Assembly: GCA_963818475.1 (NCBI GenBank)
Contig: CAWFSF010000002.1
Location: forward strand, 160,001-224,000
Direction of reading: 5' to 3'
Length of the DNA: 64,000 nt
Source of the DNA: Nitrospirota bacterium
GTDB lineage: Bacteria; Nitrospirota; UBA9217
Part shown: positions 39,729-51,016 of the stretch, in pieces
How positions within the stretch are numbered: position 1 is the first letter of the stretch
Layout: every line of letters begins with the position of its first letter
Notes under the pieces: generated by a model
What the model saw: only the letters and a program-made list of their open reading frames with translations
Told to the model about the DNA's origin: nothing
Databases searched by the model: none
Translations under genes and position numbers: made by a program

Positions 39729-42385
39729 ATGAAGATAAACAATCTGACCATTGAACAGGTCCTCAGCAGCCTCGTCACCTCGAAGCAGGGCCTTGCCAGC
39801 GAAGAAGCCGAACGCCGACTCGCAGAGTTCGGGCGGAACGAGATCACCTCAGTGAAAGGAAGGCCTCTCCTGTTCCGGTTGCTCGGACAGTTCACGCACT
39901 TTCTCGCTCTTCTGCTCTGGATCGCCGCAGGGCTCTCGTTCCTCTCGGAATATCTTCACCCGGGAGAAGACATGCTCACCATGGGCGTGGCTGTTGTTGC
40001 GGTCATCTTCATCAACGCCATCTTCACCTTTATCCAGGAATACCGCGCCGAGAAGGCACTCGAAGCCCTGAAAAAACTCCTTCCCTTTAATGTCAAGGTC
40101 ATCCGGAACGGAAAGGAGGTCGAGGCCCCTGCAGACCTGGTCGTGCCTGGCGACCTCATCCTGCTTGCCGAGGGCGACAAGGTGCCGGCCGACCTCCGTC
40201 TCATCGAATCGAACGGACTGAAGGTCAATAATGCCCCGCTCACCGGGGAGTCGGAACCGGTCCTCCGCCGCGCAGAACCTTTTGAAGGCGATCCTGTCAA
40301 TAGCCCGAACATCGCCTTTGCCGGCACGACCATCGTGAGCGGCAACGGCACCGGCGTCGTCTTTGCATCGGGCATGCACACGGAATTCGGCAGGATCGCG
40401 CTGCTGACCGAAACGGTCACCCCGGGCCTCTCCCCGCTCCAGAAGGAGATCGTGAAGTCGACACAGGATCGTTGCGGTCATTGCCGCCGCCGTGGGCCTC
40501 TTCTTTTTCCTGCTCGGCTTCATCATCGGGAGAAGCTTCTGGGGCAACTTCATCTTCGGCATCGGCATCACCGTGGCGCTCATCCCTGAAGGCATGCTGC
40601 CGACGGTCACGCTTGCCCTCGCCATGGGCAGCCAGCGCATGGCAAAGCGGAAGGCCCTGATGAAGACGCTCACCTCGGTCGAGACCCTCGGTTCGGTGAC
40701 CGTGATCTGCACGGACAAGACCGGCACGCTCACCCAGAACAGGATGGCAGTGGCGAAACTATGGGTCGATGATGAGCTGCTTGAACCGGGTGCAGCCAGC
40801 GGTCACTGAAACGGCCCGCCTCCTGTTCACCACAGCCGCTCTGTGCAACAATGCACGCTTCAGCGAGAACGAGTACCGCGGCGATCCGACCGAGACAGCG
40901 CTTGCTGAAGGCTGCGCAGGAAACGCTCGGCGACAGCACTGCAAAGCGTCTGTCCGAGATCCCTTTTGATGCGGACCGGAAAATGATGACGACCGTGCAT
41001 GCCGTCGGTAAAGGTACGATGGCGTTCTCCAAAGGCGCCATGGAGCGGATTCTTCCGCTCTGCAGCCATATCATGATCAACGGGGAGCGCAGACCGCTCG
41101 ATGATGTTACTCGTGACGACGTCATCCATGCCGACCATGCGCTCATGGACATGGGCCTCAGGGTCCTGGCCTTTGCCGCGAAGGAGCTTGCATCGCCACC
41201 GGAGCGAGCGTGAGGACATCGAAGCAGAACATGACGTTCCTCGGGCTCATCGGGCTTCAGGACCCGCCGCGGCCCGAGGTGCCTGACGCCATCGGGAAAT
41301 GCCACGACGCCGGGATCCGCATCATCATGATCACCGGCGACGGAAGCAGGACCGCCCTTGCCATCGCCCGGCAGATCGGCCTGGTCGAAAAGACGCCCGT
41401 CCTGATCGAAGGACCCGCCTTCGGACTGATGTCCGATCGGGAGCTGACGGAAAAGCTGGCTGCTCCGGAGATCATTTTTGCGCGCATGACGCCGAAGCAC
41501 AAGATGCGCGTCGTCTCGGTCCTGAAGGACATGGGCGAAGTGGTCGCGGTGACCGGCGACGGCGTCAATGACGCTCCCGCGCTCAAGAAAGCGGACATCG
41601 GCATCTCCATGGGCATTACCGGCACCGACGTGGCCAAAGAGGCGTCGGACATGATCCTGCTGGACGACAATTTCGCGACGATCGTGAACGCCGTGGAAGA
41701 AGGCCGCGCGGTCTACGAGAACATCAAGAAGTTCATCACCTACATTTTTGCGTCGAACATTCCCGAGGCCGTCCCCTACCTTGGCTATATCCTGCTCAAC
41801 ATCCCGCTGCCGCTCACGATCATTCAGATCCTGGCCGTTGACCTCGGCACGGACATGCTGCCGGCGCTCGCGCTCGGGTCCGAACAGCCCACACCCGGCA
41901 TCATGAAACAGCCGCCCAGAAAGCGGAGCGATCGGCTGCTGGACCTTTCGCTCATAGCCCGCGCCTACCTGTTCCTCGGCCCGCTCGAGGCCGTGGCCTG
42001 CATGTTCGGGTTCTTCTGGGTGCTGAACACAGGCGGCTGGACCTGGGGAACCATGCTGCCGGCATCTGACCTCCTGTATCGGGAGGCCACGACCGCATGC
42101 CTGACCGCGATCGTCATCGCCCAGGTGGCCAATGTCTTTGCCTGCCGTTCGCTCCGTGAATCCGTCTTCGACGTCGGGTTTTTCACGAACCGGCTCATCT
42201 TCGCCGCGATCGCCGTGGAACTGCTCCTGCAGGCATTCATCGTGTACACTCCGCTCGGCAACAGCATCTTCGCCACAGCGCCGCTGCCCTTCCGGGTGTG
42301 GCTCGTGCTCATTCCCTTTGCGTTCGCATTGTTCTTTGCCGAGGAGATGAGGAAACTTATTGCCCGGCGGATGACGCCGTCATAA
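39729..42385 (+). CDS. Cation-transporting P-type ATPase, Na,K-ATPase-like (type IIC); about four frameshifts
   Basis: LTGES, IPEGMLPTVT, DKTGTLT, TGDGVND, SNIPE and DLGTD spread over consecutive frames. Confidence 0.88.
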
Positions 42386-42474
42386 CCTTATTGAGGCCCC
42401 AAGATATGATATACTGAAAGCATAATCAGCCGGTTTGCATTCATCGTTTTGCACTTAATCTCAAGGAGGGCAGT

Positions 42475-43257
42475 ATGCTCGTAATCGCGGACAATCTGAG
42501 TGTACGAAACAAAGCCTATATGGAAGCAGTGAAGAAGAAGGACAAAAAAGCGATCGAAGCCATGGCAAAGGAACTGGCTGAAAAGGGCGCGGACCTCATC
42601 ATCGTGCAGGTCTCGGACGACGGCAATGGCGACGAAGAGCTGCTGCCGCTCGCGACGGAGGCCGTTCAGCTGGGAGGGGGGGTGCCGCTCTGTCTCGATT
42701 CCCGCAACGTCAAAGCGCTCAAAAAAGCCATCCCGCTCTGCTCGGAGCCGCCGATCATCAACTACCTGTCTGCGGACGAAAAAAACCCCGATGAGATCCT
42801 TTCGCTTGTCCGGGAAACCAAGTCGAACATCATCATCCGGGCGCTCAAGGGCACCGTGCCCGCCACGCTCGAAGCCAAGCTGATGATCATCGAGGACCTG
42901 ATCGAGAAGGCCAACGCGGCCGATGTGCCGAACGAGCGGATCTTCGCCGACCCGTCGGTGGTGCACATCAGCAAGGCCATGGGGCAGGAGCACCTGCTGA
43001 ACGCCCATGAGAGCATCGTGGTGCTGAACGAGATGGTCGACCCGCCGCTCAACACGGTGGTCTGGATCTCGAACGTGACCTCGGGCCTGCCGAAAAACCT
43101 GAAGTCCACGGTGGCCTCGTCCTATCTTGCCTATCTCGCGGGAGCGGGCTTAAGCGCTGCCATGGTGGATGTGAAGGATGCGGAGCTCATGAAGGTGGTG
43201 TATCTGATCAAGACGTTCCGGGATGAGATCACCTTTGCGGCGGGGGATCTGGGGTAG
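42475..43257 (+). CDS. Pterin-binding (DHPS-fold) methyltetrahydrofolate methyltransferase-like protein (AcsE/MetH domain)
   Basis: LCLDS, IINY, IFADP, ISNVTSGLP, AGLSAAMVD. Confidence 0.8.
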   Translation: MLVIADNLSVRNKAYMEAVKKKDKKAIEAMAKELAEKGADLIIVQVSDDGNGDEELLPLATEAVQLGGGVPLCLDSRNVKALKKAIPLCSEPPIINYLSADEKNPDEILSLVRETKSNIIIRALKGTVPATLEAKLMIIEDLIEKANAADVPNERIFADPSVVHISKAMGQEHLLNAHESIVVLNEMVDPPLNTVVWISNVTSGLPKNLKSTVASSYLAYLAGAGLSAAMVDVKDAELMKVVYLIKTFRDEITFAAGDLG

Positions 43258-43277
43258 AAGCGGCAGTACAACTCGAC

Positions 43278-43517
43278 TTACAAGGAAAAGGCGGGAAGCT
43301 GAAAGCTTCCCGCCTTTGTTATTACCGCTGTGGCCGTCGCGCTTCCCGCCAGAGCATGTAAGCAAGCGCCCCTAGAAGAATGCATGCAGGGACGCTGACC
43401 CATTGGGGAACGAATGAAGCCGTTCACGATGATTTCCCAGTGGAAATAGAGACGGAGCAGATGCGCGAGAGAAAGAATCGAAAATATGACTGCGGCGATG
43501 ATGGAAAATGGTTTCAT
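43278..43517 (-). CDS. Small membrane protein (probably frameshifted near 43405; true stop uncertain)
   Basis: AAGGAG RBS; MKPFSIIAAVIFSILSLAHLLRL TM segment. Confidence 0.55.
   Translation of the reverse strand: MKPFSIIAAVIFSILSLAHLLRLYFHWEIIVNGFIRSPMGQRPCMHSSRGACLHALAGSATATAVITKAGSFQLPAFSL
43287..43317. terminator. Bidirectional Rho-independent terminator
   Basis: AAAGGCGGGAAGCT-GAA-AGCTTCCCGCCTTT between convergent genes. Confidence 0.8.
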
Positions 43518-43610
43518 GATTTATCTCCTTTCAAGTGTCGGCAGGTAAGTTGACTTCACCCGCAATTACTGCATGTATAAACGAACATCGAATATGGGTT
43601 GTAACTTATA

Positions 43611-43659
43611 CTTGAACAATGAGTTAAGCGGCTCAGGACGCTTGAACGATTGGTTAGTG
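43611..43659 (-). mobile_element. attC site (short or degenerate)
   Basis: CACTAAC-CAATC-GTTCAAGCG..CGCTTAAC-TCATT-GTTCAAG; classic L boxes but only 49 bp. Confidence 0.6.
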
Positions 43660-43717
43660 CTTATCCTCTTTTGTCCAACGGCGAAGTTTGCCACTATTTC
43701 CATCCGATAATGTTCTC

Positions 43718-45418
43718 CTAAAGACCCTGGAAAGCCTCAATTATTGTTTCCAAGCTATCATCGCACGCCGCACATAAATGTTCAAAATGTTTACGAAAAC
43801 TGCCGTATTCTTGTAGCGCCTGCTTTCTAGCTACTTCTGCCTCACTTCCAGAAGCATGGCCTTTTAATATGGAACGTAAGTTATGGATTTCATGGAAGGG
43901 CGACATAAGTTGGTGCGCATGATCCTCCTCAAAGCCGACGGCGATAAGACATTCTTCAGTAAGCTTCAGTGCTCTTAACTTTATGTCAGGATTTCTGCCA
44001 CGTTCTTTTGCTTTTTTACGCAACCATTTTTCGTCTAAACCCTCAACCACAAGCTGATCGAGATTTAATATTTCCTCTGCCCATTCATCGCGGGAAGAGG
44101 TATACGGATAGTGAACTATTTTGGGCGCATCTTCTTCTCTTAGAATCCACCAGCCGACTTTTGAACGGTGTAGTTTTTCAAGCTTATACTTTAAGCTATT
44201 AAGTGCATCGTATCCTTGATAAAATTGACCTTCAAAGTCTGTCGTAATTGCTCTCTCAGAAAGTGGAGCTTTAGGCTTTTCGTTATATTGTTTCCAATGA
44301 AGCTGCTCTTCATAAGGAAGCTGACTCAAATATATTAGATAGGTATGGACTTGACCTGCTGCGTTAACATCGAAAGTTTTTAAGTGCCACGCACCACGGC
44401 AACCAACTGATCTGCTTTCCAACTGGTATTTAGCCCTATCGCTCTTGTATTTCAGCAAGACTTCGGGCTTAAAAAACGCGGGGGTTATCTCGAAGGGAAG
44501 ATCTGACTTAGTAAAATAATTGGATAAACATGCAGGGTCACATGCTATTTCGGCAATCCTTTTATTTTTCCAATCATACGCAATGAACGTTGCGTACTGC
44601 TTTGCCTTTTCAGATACAGGCCTGCCCCATATATTATTTATTATTTTATCCTTTGAAATACTGATATTCGCGACCTGAAATCCTCTTGAGTAGCTCCCGT
44701 AGCTCTCGGATATTACTAAGCTTCCAAAAATGTTATGCTTACCCTCAAATTGTATTGGAGTATTTCGATCGCCCCAGCCGGAAAAATTACCTGATTTATA
44801 TCGTGTAAAATCAAACATACGAACCAATAACATTTTGCTTACACTGGTGTACTCTCCAAGGATGGTTTTCTTGACCGTGATAATAGTGCCAGTTTCATTG
44901 TTAGGCAAGCCACTTATTTCTATGATTTTTACGACATCTTCAATATCGCCAAACTTATCGAGTCTACACCAAGCACTACGCTCGGACATAAAGTGAATTC
45001 CTAATACGTGAGATATTTTCTGTTCCACCTCAAAGTACAGCTTCTTAGATTCAACACCCTCAAAAGAGCGCCCAAATAATATCTGCTCCCCCTTTATGAG
45101 CGTCTTGCTTCCAGCATGAGCAAGGGGTCCTTCAATCCAAGCATCATCTGAAGAGCATGTAATCCCCCAGGTGGAAAAAGGATTATGATTCCAGCCTTGA
45201 AGATCGTCTACGGTTGAATCATCAATCTCAACCTCTGGTATTAGAACGGCATGAATAAAAATGTGTCGAAGCGACGCATAGATAATAATGGTTTCATCCT
45301 CTATTTCTTTTTCAAGAAAAGGTAGCACGTCCTCCTGTCGAACCCAGGAATTAAAGGCATCTTCCAGTAGTGGTTCGCTGTCAATCGATAAAATTTCCTT
45401 GAGGTCGTATAGGTTCAT
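43718..45418 (-). CDS. Cassette-borne hypothetical protein with a possible C-terminal HEPN motif
   Basis: 566-aa AT-rich ORF between attC sites; NLRSILKGH fits Rx4-6H. Confidence 0.7.
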   Translation of the reverse strand: MNLYDLKEILSIDSEPLLEDAFNSWVRQEDVLPFLEKEIEDETIIIYASLRHIFIHAVLIPEVEIDDSTVDDLQGWNHNPFSTWGITCSSDDAWIEGPLAHAGSKTLIKGEQILFGRSFEGVESKKLYFEVEQKISHVLGIHFMSERSAWCRLDKFGDIEDVVKIIEISGLPNNETGTIITVKKTILGEYTSVSKMLLVRMFDFTRYKSGNFSGWGDRNTPIQFEGKHNIFGSLVISESYGSYSRGFQVANISISKDKIINNIWGRPVSEKAKQYATFIAYDWKNKRIAEIACDPACLSNYFTKSDLPFEITPAFFKPEVLLKYKSDRAKYQLESRSVGCRGAWHLKTFDVNAAGQVHTYLIYLSQLPYEEQLHWKQYNEKPKAPLSERAITTDFEGQFYQGYDALNSLKYKLEKLHRSKVGWWILREEDAPKIVHYPYTSSRDEWAEEILNLDQLVVEGLDEKWLRKKAKERGRNPDIKLRALKLTEECLIAVGFEEDHAHQLMSPFHEIHNLRSILKGHASGSEAEVARKQALQEYGSFRKHFEHLCAACDDSLETIIEAFQGL

Positions 45419-45458
45419 TACTTATTCAATGATTGGGCAAATCTTCACATCCGGCTCA

Positions 45459-45515
45459 TGATAACGACGAGTTCACACACCAGCGAAGCGGTCGGCGTGG
45501 AACGATTTGTTATGT
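45459..45515 (-). mobile_element. attC site
   Basis: ACATAAC-AAATC-GTTCCACGCCGACCGCTTCGCTGGTGTGTGAAC-TCGTC-GTTATCA, 57 bp, abutting the stop codon. Confidence 0.8.
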
Positions 45516-46471
45516 TAGCATCCACTGGTGTGAGTATGAACAACCAAGAGCTCGCCAGAAGGATCAAGATAGTAAGTTATTTCATTGTTTGTTTCAATGA
45601 AATCGGGAAGGCCATCATATGTAACATCAAAGGCGCCTGTGACATCAAACCTGTAAATTGGGCCTAGGTCTTTATCTTTTCCATCAGCTTTCATGTCAAG
45701 CCGGGAAGCTACGCATTTTTCATCTCGACCATCTCCGACATAAAATACTGGCTCGTTTCCCTTTTGAAAATATATTAGGTAAAAGTCAGCAGTTCTTCCT
45801 TGAAAACGTAAGGGGCGATTCGAGGTCAGTATTTTGTCTAAATCTTTGAGCTTTAGAGTGACGATGATTACTCTTAAAGAATGTGGGGTCTTTCCTATTG
45901 TTGTGATTTCATAGCTAACATCTGCAATATTAGATTTTGTAACTGGCATATTCGATTTCTTGTCGAGAATAATCTTCCTGTCATAAATGTCCCTCAAGAT
46001 GGATTCCGCATATCCAGGCTTCGATCTAGATTTCTCGAAGGCAAGTTCATCCGTGAGCCAGAGCGTGTTAGTATTTTTAACATAACGCCCGTAGCCGCGC
46101 GAAGGGATATTACTTATATCAAAAACATCATTTGGGATTCTAATTAGACCCTCCCACTCCACATTGTGCGTTATTAGATGGAGTTTATTATCGGGAAGCT
46201 CGAGGACTGAATTTTTATACTTGATTTTGAACTTCGTCGCATTGCCCTGCATCCCAGAGGAATACATCCAATCGGTAAATGGAGTTACTCCAGTAATGAT
46301 TAGGCCGCTATCATCTTTCTTGTAAGCAAATGTGAAATAGTTCGCATTATTATCAGCCCTTCCATATTTTGCTATTGTGTGAAAACCATATGGGGCAATT
46401 TCACAATTTGCGGAGGCATGTATAGGTAAGGTTAACGTAAAAACAATTAATGCAAAGTTTCGCCATCTCAT
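45515..46471 (-). CDS. Cassette-borne secreted hypothetical protein
   Basis: Signal peptide MRWRNFALIV..ASA; AAGGAG RBS; DVTYDGLPDF motif. Confidence 0.75.
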   Translation of the reverse strand: MRWRNFALIVFTLTLPIHASANCEIAPYGFHTIAKYGRADNNANYFTFAYKKDDSGLIITGVTPFTDWMYSSGMQGNATKFKIKYKNSVLELPDNKLHLITHNVEWEGLIRIPNDVFDISNIPSRGYGRYVKNTNTLWLTDELAFEKSRSKPGYAESILRDIYDRKIILDKKSNMPVTKSNIADVSYEITTIGKTPHSLRVIIVTLKLKDLDKILTSNRPLRFQGRTADFYLIYFQKGNEPVFYVGDGRDEKCVASRLDMKADGKDKDLGPIYRFDVTGAFDVTYDGLPDFIETNNEITYYLDPSGELLVVHTHTSGC

Positions 46472-46488
46472 GAATACGACTCCTTTCT

Positions 46489-46551
46489 ATATAACGTGCC
46501 GCTGTGGGGCGCGCGGCTTTTTGCGCGTCTCACACCAGCGGATGGTTGGCC
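46489..46551 (-). mobile_element. attC site
   Basis: GGCCAAC-CATCC-GCTGGTGTGAGACGCGC..GCGCGCCCCACAGC-GGCAC-GTTATAT, 63 bp; GGCCAAC complements the GTTGGCC at the cassette start (47483-47489). Confidence 0.82.
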
Positions 46552-46557
46552 CTTTGT

Positions 46558-47475
46558 TCAATAAATCAATGAGTCAAGGTTTGATACGTCCAGCTCTTTT
46601 GCTTTCCGATAAATGATATATTCTTTTGTTTCCCAGAATTCCTTTTGAAACTCAGTGATAATTTTCTTTATACTTTCCAGAACCACTACGAGTTTCTTGT
46701 TAAGCTGAGGCATAATTTGGGTAAAAGTTAAATTATGTAGATTATAATAAGAATCTTTCCACGTTTTATTGTCTTCATTATAAATGTCTGATAGCCATTT
46801 GATGTCCCAGTCTATTGCCAACACGTTGCAAAGGTTATGCAATGTCATGTAAATATGGGTAAACATTAATTCATCATCTGGCTCTATTCCTATAAATGGA
46901 TCTAACTCCTGGTTTTCCATTATGAACTCATAATATTGAGGTAAGTGAATTAAGAGAAGCCTTGATAATTCAGTTAGCTCTTTGAAGTTTTTTTCTTGAA
47001 TGTAGTAGATTATGAAATTTAATAATCCTTGGTCGTCATCAAGCATATGCTTGGTGCTTAATGTAAAACTTAAACTTTGCTGGAGCTTATATTTTTTATA
47101 TTGATTTCTAACTTGGTTTTTTATTGGGGCAAAATACAGTTTCTTTGTCGAAGTTTCAGCAACGCATAAAAAAACCGGAACTGCAAGATTCATCCAATAG
47201 TTAATTGTTTCAATCTTTACTCCAGAAAATTTCGCTTCTTGTCGGTTTTGTTTTTCATTTTGCTTCCATTCGAGACTTTCTGTTCCTTTAAGTTGGATTG
47301 ATATTAGATCACCTCTGACAGAACCATCGCTGCCTACCATTTCAAGATAGCAGTCAACACCATAATCTCGTTCGGTGACTCCTCTAAGCAGCCATTCAGA
47401 AGGAACTGAATTCTGTAGAATTTTCCACGAATCAGTTTCTTTAATATGTGTAGAAGGTCTTTGTGGAAATTTCAT
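46558..47475 (-). CDS. Cassette-borne DUF4365 (PD-(D/E)XK-like) domain protein
   Basis: ERDYGVDCYLE..ISIQLKGT..TINYW signature. Confidence 0.8.
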   Translation of the reverse strand: MKFPQRPSTHIKETDSWKILQNSVPSEWLLRGVTERDYGVDCYLEMVGSDGSVRGDLISIQLKGTESLEWKQNEKQNRQEAKFSGVKIETINYWMNLAVPVFLCVAETSTKKLYFAPIKNQVRNQYKKYKLQQSLSFTLSTKHMLDDDQGLLNFIIYYIQEKNFKELTELSRLLLIHLPQYYEFIMENQELDPFIGIEPDDELMFTHIYMTLHNLCNVLAIDWDIKWLSDIYNEDNKTWKDSYYNLHNLTFTQIMPQLNKKLVVVLESIKKIITEFQKEFWETKEYIIYRKAKELDVSNLDSLIY

Positions 47476-47879
47476 AATTTAAGGCCAACAAGTTATTGAC
47501 TATCCCCCTTGTTTTCAGGTCTTTACTATGGGGGATAGTAAAGAACGGATTTCCGTTCTTTACTAGTTTAGCAAGGAATATGCCAGTATTAGCTAAACGG
47601 AACAAGAGATCGCATATTAGATGCCAGCATTTCAATACTATATGCGCTTTCCCTTACATGTAGGCAGAATATATGCTTAATCCGCGACGTTGTCAAAGAT
47701 TCCGATGGGGTAATTTAAGGGTAATTGCCGAAGGTACGGTTTGTAACTTTATGTATTGCGAAGGATGGAAACTACAACGAGTTCAGGAAGAAGTATTCTT
47801 AGCAGAGTATAACAGCTCTCATCCCGAAATTGGAGCGTTGTCAAGGCACGTAATGATAACGAAGGGAATCGGCAGGCGG

Positions 47880-48904
47880 TTACCGCTGCGAATATTCCTT
47901 CTGCACTTCCGGAACAAGCCGCTGGTACTCCTCGTAGGGGATCTTCGATTTCCAGTTGTCCGTCACCATCCCCAGGCCGATGATCAGGTAGAAGAGAATG
48001 ATGAGGACCACCGGGAAGAGGTACGGGCTTACGGTCCTGACCTTGGGTCCTGCACGGAGCGTGAGTTCCAGCGCGCCCTCTGAGCCGGGCAGCGGCTCAC
48101 GCAGGTGAGGCAGCCGAAACATTCCGCCGACCTCACGACCTCGCTCTTCTCCACATCGATCTGGGTCGGGCAGTGTTTGGTGCAGGCGTGGCAATGGGTG
48201 CATTTCTGCTCGTTCCGCTGGACCTTGAAGGGGCTGAACCGGCTCACGAGACCCAGAAGCGCGCCGTAGGGGCAGAGATAGCGGCACCAGAAGTTCTTAT
48301 ACAGCACCGATAAGCCGACGAGCACCACCAGCACCCAGAACGTGACCTGCGTCATCTCGGTGAAGAACTTCATCATGCGAACGTCCGCGAGTTTGTAATA
48401 GTCGCTGATATAGAACATCGCCATCGACCACATGGGCATGACCCCGATAGCGACGACAAAGAGACCCATCAGGACGTACTTGAGCGACCGGAGCGAGATG
48501 TCCGTAAAACCGGAGATACGGAAGTTCCTTCCGAAGACCTTTTCCCCGGCCATCCAGATATACTGCGACACCGTGCCGACAGGGCAGATCCAGCCACAGA
48601 AGCCTTTTTTCATGACCAGTGAAACGCCGAGGATCGCCGCGAACATGATGAAGCCCGAGGGATGCACCGGCTCGACAATGCCGGTCAGGATGAAGTACTT
48701 GAAGTCCATGAGCCCGCCGATGGGCAGGAAGGCGTCCACGGACGCGGGCCGCTCGACAAAGGGATGGCCCGGCGATACGAAGTGCTGAACGAACTGATAA
48801 AAACGATAGCCGATGAAGAGCGTGATCAGGAGAAAACCGAACTGGACGGCATAGCGGACGAATCGTATGGCGCTGGGATGTTTTATCATGGGATATTGTA
48901 CCAT
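47880..48904 (-). CDS. Membrane 4Fe-4S protein (NapH/MauN/YccM-like), frameshift near 48080
   Basis: FCGWICPVG, WCRYLCPYG, CTHCHACTKHCP, CFGCLTCVSRCP; C-terminal TM in ORF ending 47880. Confidence 0.85.
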
Positions 48905-48937
48905 CGCTCGGCCAGCGCAGGTATGACGGCAATCATA

Positions 48938-49276
48938 TTACAATTTCTTCTTTTCGATCACCCGCTCCATACCGAGCCGTGTTGCCGAGAATCCGTGGGA
49001 AGAAGGATCTTCTTCTTTTTTAACCGCATTGAAAAAATCACAACGCCAGCAGTTGGTCAGTTTCTGGGCATAGGTGCCCTGGATCTTTCCTCCGCAGAGC
49101 GAACCTGCGATGACCCAGCAGGCACGGCCCGCATTCTTTCCGCCGTGGGCGCCATGCAGTTCATCGTGCGTGGTCACGGGGCAGACTCCAAGCTCGGTCG
49201 TTCTGGGTCCTCCCGGGTATCGCCCGCAGTTTTTATGTTCCCAGCAATTCTTCCGTGTAACATCATCGAGTTTCAT
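48938..49276 (-). CDS. Two-CW domain Cys-rich protein
   Basis: NCWEHKNC..GVCP..GRACWVIAGSLC..CWRCDFF. Confidence 0.75.
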   Translation of the reverse strand: MKLDDVTRKNCWEHKNCGRYPGGPRTTELGVCPVTTHDELHGAHGGKNAGRACWVIAGSLCGGKIQGTYAQKLTNCWRCDFFNAVKKEEDPSSHGFSATRLGMERVIEKKKL

Positions 49277-49518
49277 ATAAAAGCCTCTTTTCCATAATAA
49301 TAAATAGAACCTGCAACGAGCAGATTATTTTCGAGCGACAATATACCGTGGGCAACGCTCCAAAGTCAATATTTTTTCGATGGTTGATTCATGATTTTAT
49401 CGTCAGCACAGCCCGCGCTCCTGAGCAGAATAATGCAGACCGGGAGCCGTGCGATGGCACACACAGGTCCGCGCAGGTAACGCTTTACACCTTCAGGAGA
49501 GTATGCTATTTTTTCTGC

Positions 49519-50899
49519 ATGCGCCACGACCTTCAAGAATTTTTCTATCCGAAAACCGTTGCCGTAATCGGCGCCACCGACAATCCCCTCAAGCCCGGAC
49601 GGGCGATTCTCGAAAACCTGTCTTTTTTTAACGGTGCGGTCTATCCGGTAAATCCAAAGCATACAACGCTGCTCGGCCACCACTGTTATGCCTCGATCCG
49701 TGAAGTGCCGGATAAGATCGACCTTGCCATTGTCGCCCTTCCGGCGCCGCTCGTGGAACAGGAGATGGATGAACTGGGAAACAAGGGCATCCGCCGGGCC
49801 ATCATCATCAGCTCGGGCTTTGCCGAATCAGGAAACGACGGTTCGGCCAGGCAGCAGCGGATCGCGGCAATCGCGCGGCAATTCAACATCAGGGTTATCG
49901 GGCCCAATGCCCTCGGCATCTACAACTCTGCCAACGGCCTTGACAGCTTTTTCGTGTCCGCGCACGCGGGTGTCGCGCCCGACCGCCGGCCGCCTTTCGA
50001 TCATTTCCCAGAGCGGCGCCATTACCGTTATCCTGATGGAAGCACTGGCGCGCGACGGCATAGGCATTGCGAAGGCCGTGAACTACGGCAACCGCCTTGA
50101 TATCGACGATGCCGACTGCCTCGATTACCTTGCCGATGACCCCGAGACGCATGTTGTTGCCATGTACATGGAGTCCGTGGGGGACGGCAAAAAGTTCCTC
50201 GCAGCGGCAAAACGCTTTTCCTCCGTGAAACCGCTCGTCATCTGGAAAGCCGGCAAGTTCGAGACCGGGGCCTCGGCTGTCAGATCCCACACCGCCACGC
50301 TCGCCGGCAGATACAGCCTGTACCAGGCGGCGTTCCGCCAGGCGAAGGCCCTCGAGGCCGTAACGTTCGATCACCTTATCGACTCGGCAAAAGCTCTGGC
50401 GATCATGAACTATCACTGCGTGGGAAACCGCCTGCTCGTGCTCACGAACGGCGGCGGCCTTGCTGTAGCTGCCGCTGATCAGGCGAGCAGGGAAGGCTTC
50501 ACCATGCCGCGCACCTCCGACGACGTGCGGACCAGGCTGGGAGCCTCGTTCCCGCCTTTCTTTGTCCTGAACAATCCCATCGACCTCACCGGAAGCGGAA
50601 AAAACGAGGATTACTACACTGCGCTCAAGGAGGCGCTGCCTCACTATGATGCAGCCGTCGTGATCGTACTTATGGGTGCGACCACGGTCACCGAGCCGGT
50701 CACTGAACTCATCGCCCGCGCCTGCCACGAGACCAAAAAACCAATCGCCTGCTGCCTGCTGCAAGGGCTCGGTTATACGCAGGAGGCCATGTCCGCCCTG
50801 CTCAAACTCGGCGTCCCGGTCTACCCTTCACCGGAGCGGGCAGTGCGCGCACTTGCGGCGATCAGGAAGGTGACCTGCAGAGGTGAAAGTTCAGAGTAA
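49519..50899 (+). CDS. ADP-forming acyl-CoA synthetase alpha subunit (frameshift near 49960)
   Basis: VAVIGA, YPVNP, SGFAE, GPN, ISQSG, SHTATLAG, NPIDLTG. Confidence 0.88.
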
Positions 50900-50936
50900 A
50901 AAAAATCGCGGCGGCAGTCGTAAAAAGTCGGATTTA

Positions 50937-51016
50937 ACCACGGAGGCACAGAGGGCACGGAGGAAAACCTTTTATTACCAATTTGCTTTTCTCTGTGTCT
51001 CAGTGTCTCTGTGGTG
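50937..51016. repeat. REP-like inverted repeat
   Basis: ACCACGGAGGCACAGAG ... CTCAGTGTCTCTGTGGT. Confidence 0.65.

Noticed and set aside
42475-43257. Wood-Ljungdahl pathway locus
   Set aside because: Only a lone pterin-binding protein; no acs or corrinoid genes in the window
47805-47845. Possible fourth attC (AAC..GTTATAC hairpin on the minus strand)
   Set aside because: Too short, no recognisable L boxes and no clear cassette ORF
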